Made by a program: the position numbers and the translations under genes. DNA of 64,000 nucleotides, taken from the NCBI GenBank assembly GCA_040437565.1, contig JBDOQK010000009.1, positions 248,001-312,000 of the forward strand. The letters run 5' to 3'. This DNA comes from Albugo candida. Taxonomy: Eukaryota. Positions 62,767 through 64,000 of the stretch are shown here, piece by piece (the stretch's first letter is position 1; each line of letters opens with the position of its first letter). The notes beneath the pieces are model-generated. The model searched no databases. It was given only the letters and a program-made list of their open reading frames with translations, and was not told the origin of the DNA.

Positions 62767-63920
62767 ATCTCAGACTGTAGTCATCTATGAATCAGTACAC
62801 TTTGATTCACAGAAGGTGTAAAGTCAACGCACGCAAGCGCCGGTATCAAGTTCGAACAAAGACGTTGGATGATAGTGTGAAACATTGAGATAAACTCTCA
62901 AATTGAATTTTGCAAAAATGATCTCCCATTTTAGACATCAGAGGGATTGCCGGCAGCCGCGAAAAGCAATTTATTTAAAAGCAGCGAAATTTGGCGTGAA
63001 AATAGTATATGTGTAGCCAAATAATGTACTAAAGATGCCATAATGAATCTACAGCATCGCCATCCACCATCAGCACGAATTAACTCCCACCTCTGGAAAG
63101 CATACTTATCGACCAAGTCTTGGTATCAGGAAGAGCCTTTTGGGCTTGGTGATATACAAAGTCTCTTGCCTTTGCAATAACAAGGAAATGATGCATGCGG
63201 ACCTCTTGCCCTGAATAGTATCCGTAGTATGCCAAAGGTCAAAAACACCACGGCTAGTATACTTTTACAAGGTACTCAACTCAACCTTGACANNNNNNNN
63301 NNNNNNNNNNNNNNNNNNNNNNNNNNNNNNNNNNNNNNNNNNNNNNNNNNNNNNNNNNNNNNNNNNNNNNNNNNNNNNNNNNNNNNNNNNNNATCTCAGA
63401 CTGTAGTCATCTATGAATCAGTACACTTTGATTCACAGAAGGTGTAAAGTCAACGCACGCAAGCGCCGGTATCAGGTTCGAACAGAGACGGTGGAGGATA
63501 GTGTGATACATTGAGATAAATTCTCAAAGTTGTCTTTTGCAAAAATGATCTCCCAATTTAGACATCAGAGGGATTGCCGGCAGCCGCGAGAAGCAATTTA
63601 TTTGTAAGCAGCAAAATTTGGCGTGAAATTAGTGTATGTGTGTGTAACCAAATAATGTACTAAAGATGCCATAATGAATCTGCTGCATCTCCATCCACCA
63701 TCAGCACGAATTAACTCCCACCTTGGAAAGCATATTTATCGACCAAGTCTTGGTATCAGGAAGAGCTATTTGGGCTTGGTGATATACAAAGTCTCATGCC
63801 TTGCAATCACAAGGAAATGATGCATGCGGACCTCTTGTACTGAATAGTATGCATAGTATGCCAAACGTCAAAAACACCACGGCTAGTATACTTTTAACAA
63901 GGTACTTAACTCAACCTTGT
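62767..63920. repeat. ~525-bp diverged direct repeat, two copies either side of gap 63293-63392
   Basis: 62767-63291 aligns with 63393-~63920, with many substitutions and small indels. No intact ORF. Confidence 0.9.
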
Positions 63921-64000
63921 CAGGTTGTATTTGTTCAAGTAAATGAAACCATTCTAGGATTCAACAATAATGTGGCTGTTCTTCAAATAACGATACAAAC

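Larger units (their letters stand above)
1061..63392. other. Fourteen 100-N scaffold gaps, most with duplicated (unmerged) contig ends
   Basis: Gaps start at 1061, 2607, 3335, 11931, 14528, 15130, 18234, 22584, 23605, 25815, 35275, 42460, 46756 and 63293. Confidence 0.97.

Overview
Eukaryotic, gene-dense draft scaffold, most likely from an oomycete and possibly Albugo-like. This is an inference from the SHAQKYF-class Myb, the oomycete-type bZIP, short (~50-70 nt) GT-AG introns and very short intergenic spacers. There are 14 fixed 100-N gaps; most are flanked by exact duplicated contig ends, which create false duplicate ORFs. About 28 protein genes can be reconstructed. Named or family-level calls: EMC2, an NT5DC 5'-nucleotidase, VPS53, Myb, an MCPH1-like triple-BRCT protein, MAF1, a PX-PDZ-PDZ-coiled-coil protein, type I asparaginase, an ABC1 kinase, acyl-CoA oxidase, V-ATPase subunit a, an ankyrin-DHHC palmitoyltransferase, atlastin, REX4, bZIP and a spliced CEP44 that is not in the ORF track. 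The most interesting observations are (1) a HOOK-domain coiled-coil protein ending in a Spindly-like CTQQ farnesylation box, (2) two divergent secreted paralogues with a Takeout/JHBP (TULIP)-like signature flanking a hidden four-exon calycin-like gene, (3) a tail-to-tail pair of small paralogues that both keep an LxxIxE motif, (4) a diverged inverted copy of a gene's 3' end that has its own ATG, (5) a degenerate VPS9 domain, and (6) a three-exon small secreted protein in the gene-poor right end. I recognised no rRNA, tRNA, CRISPR array or intact transposon. All exon models and family calls were made by eye, without database searches.
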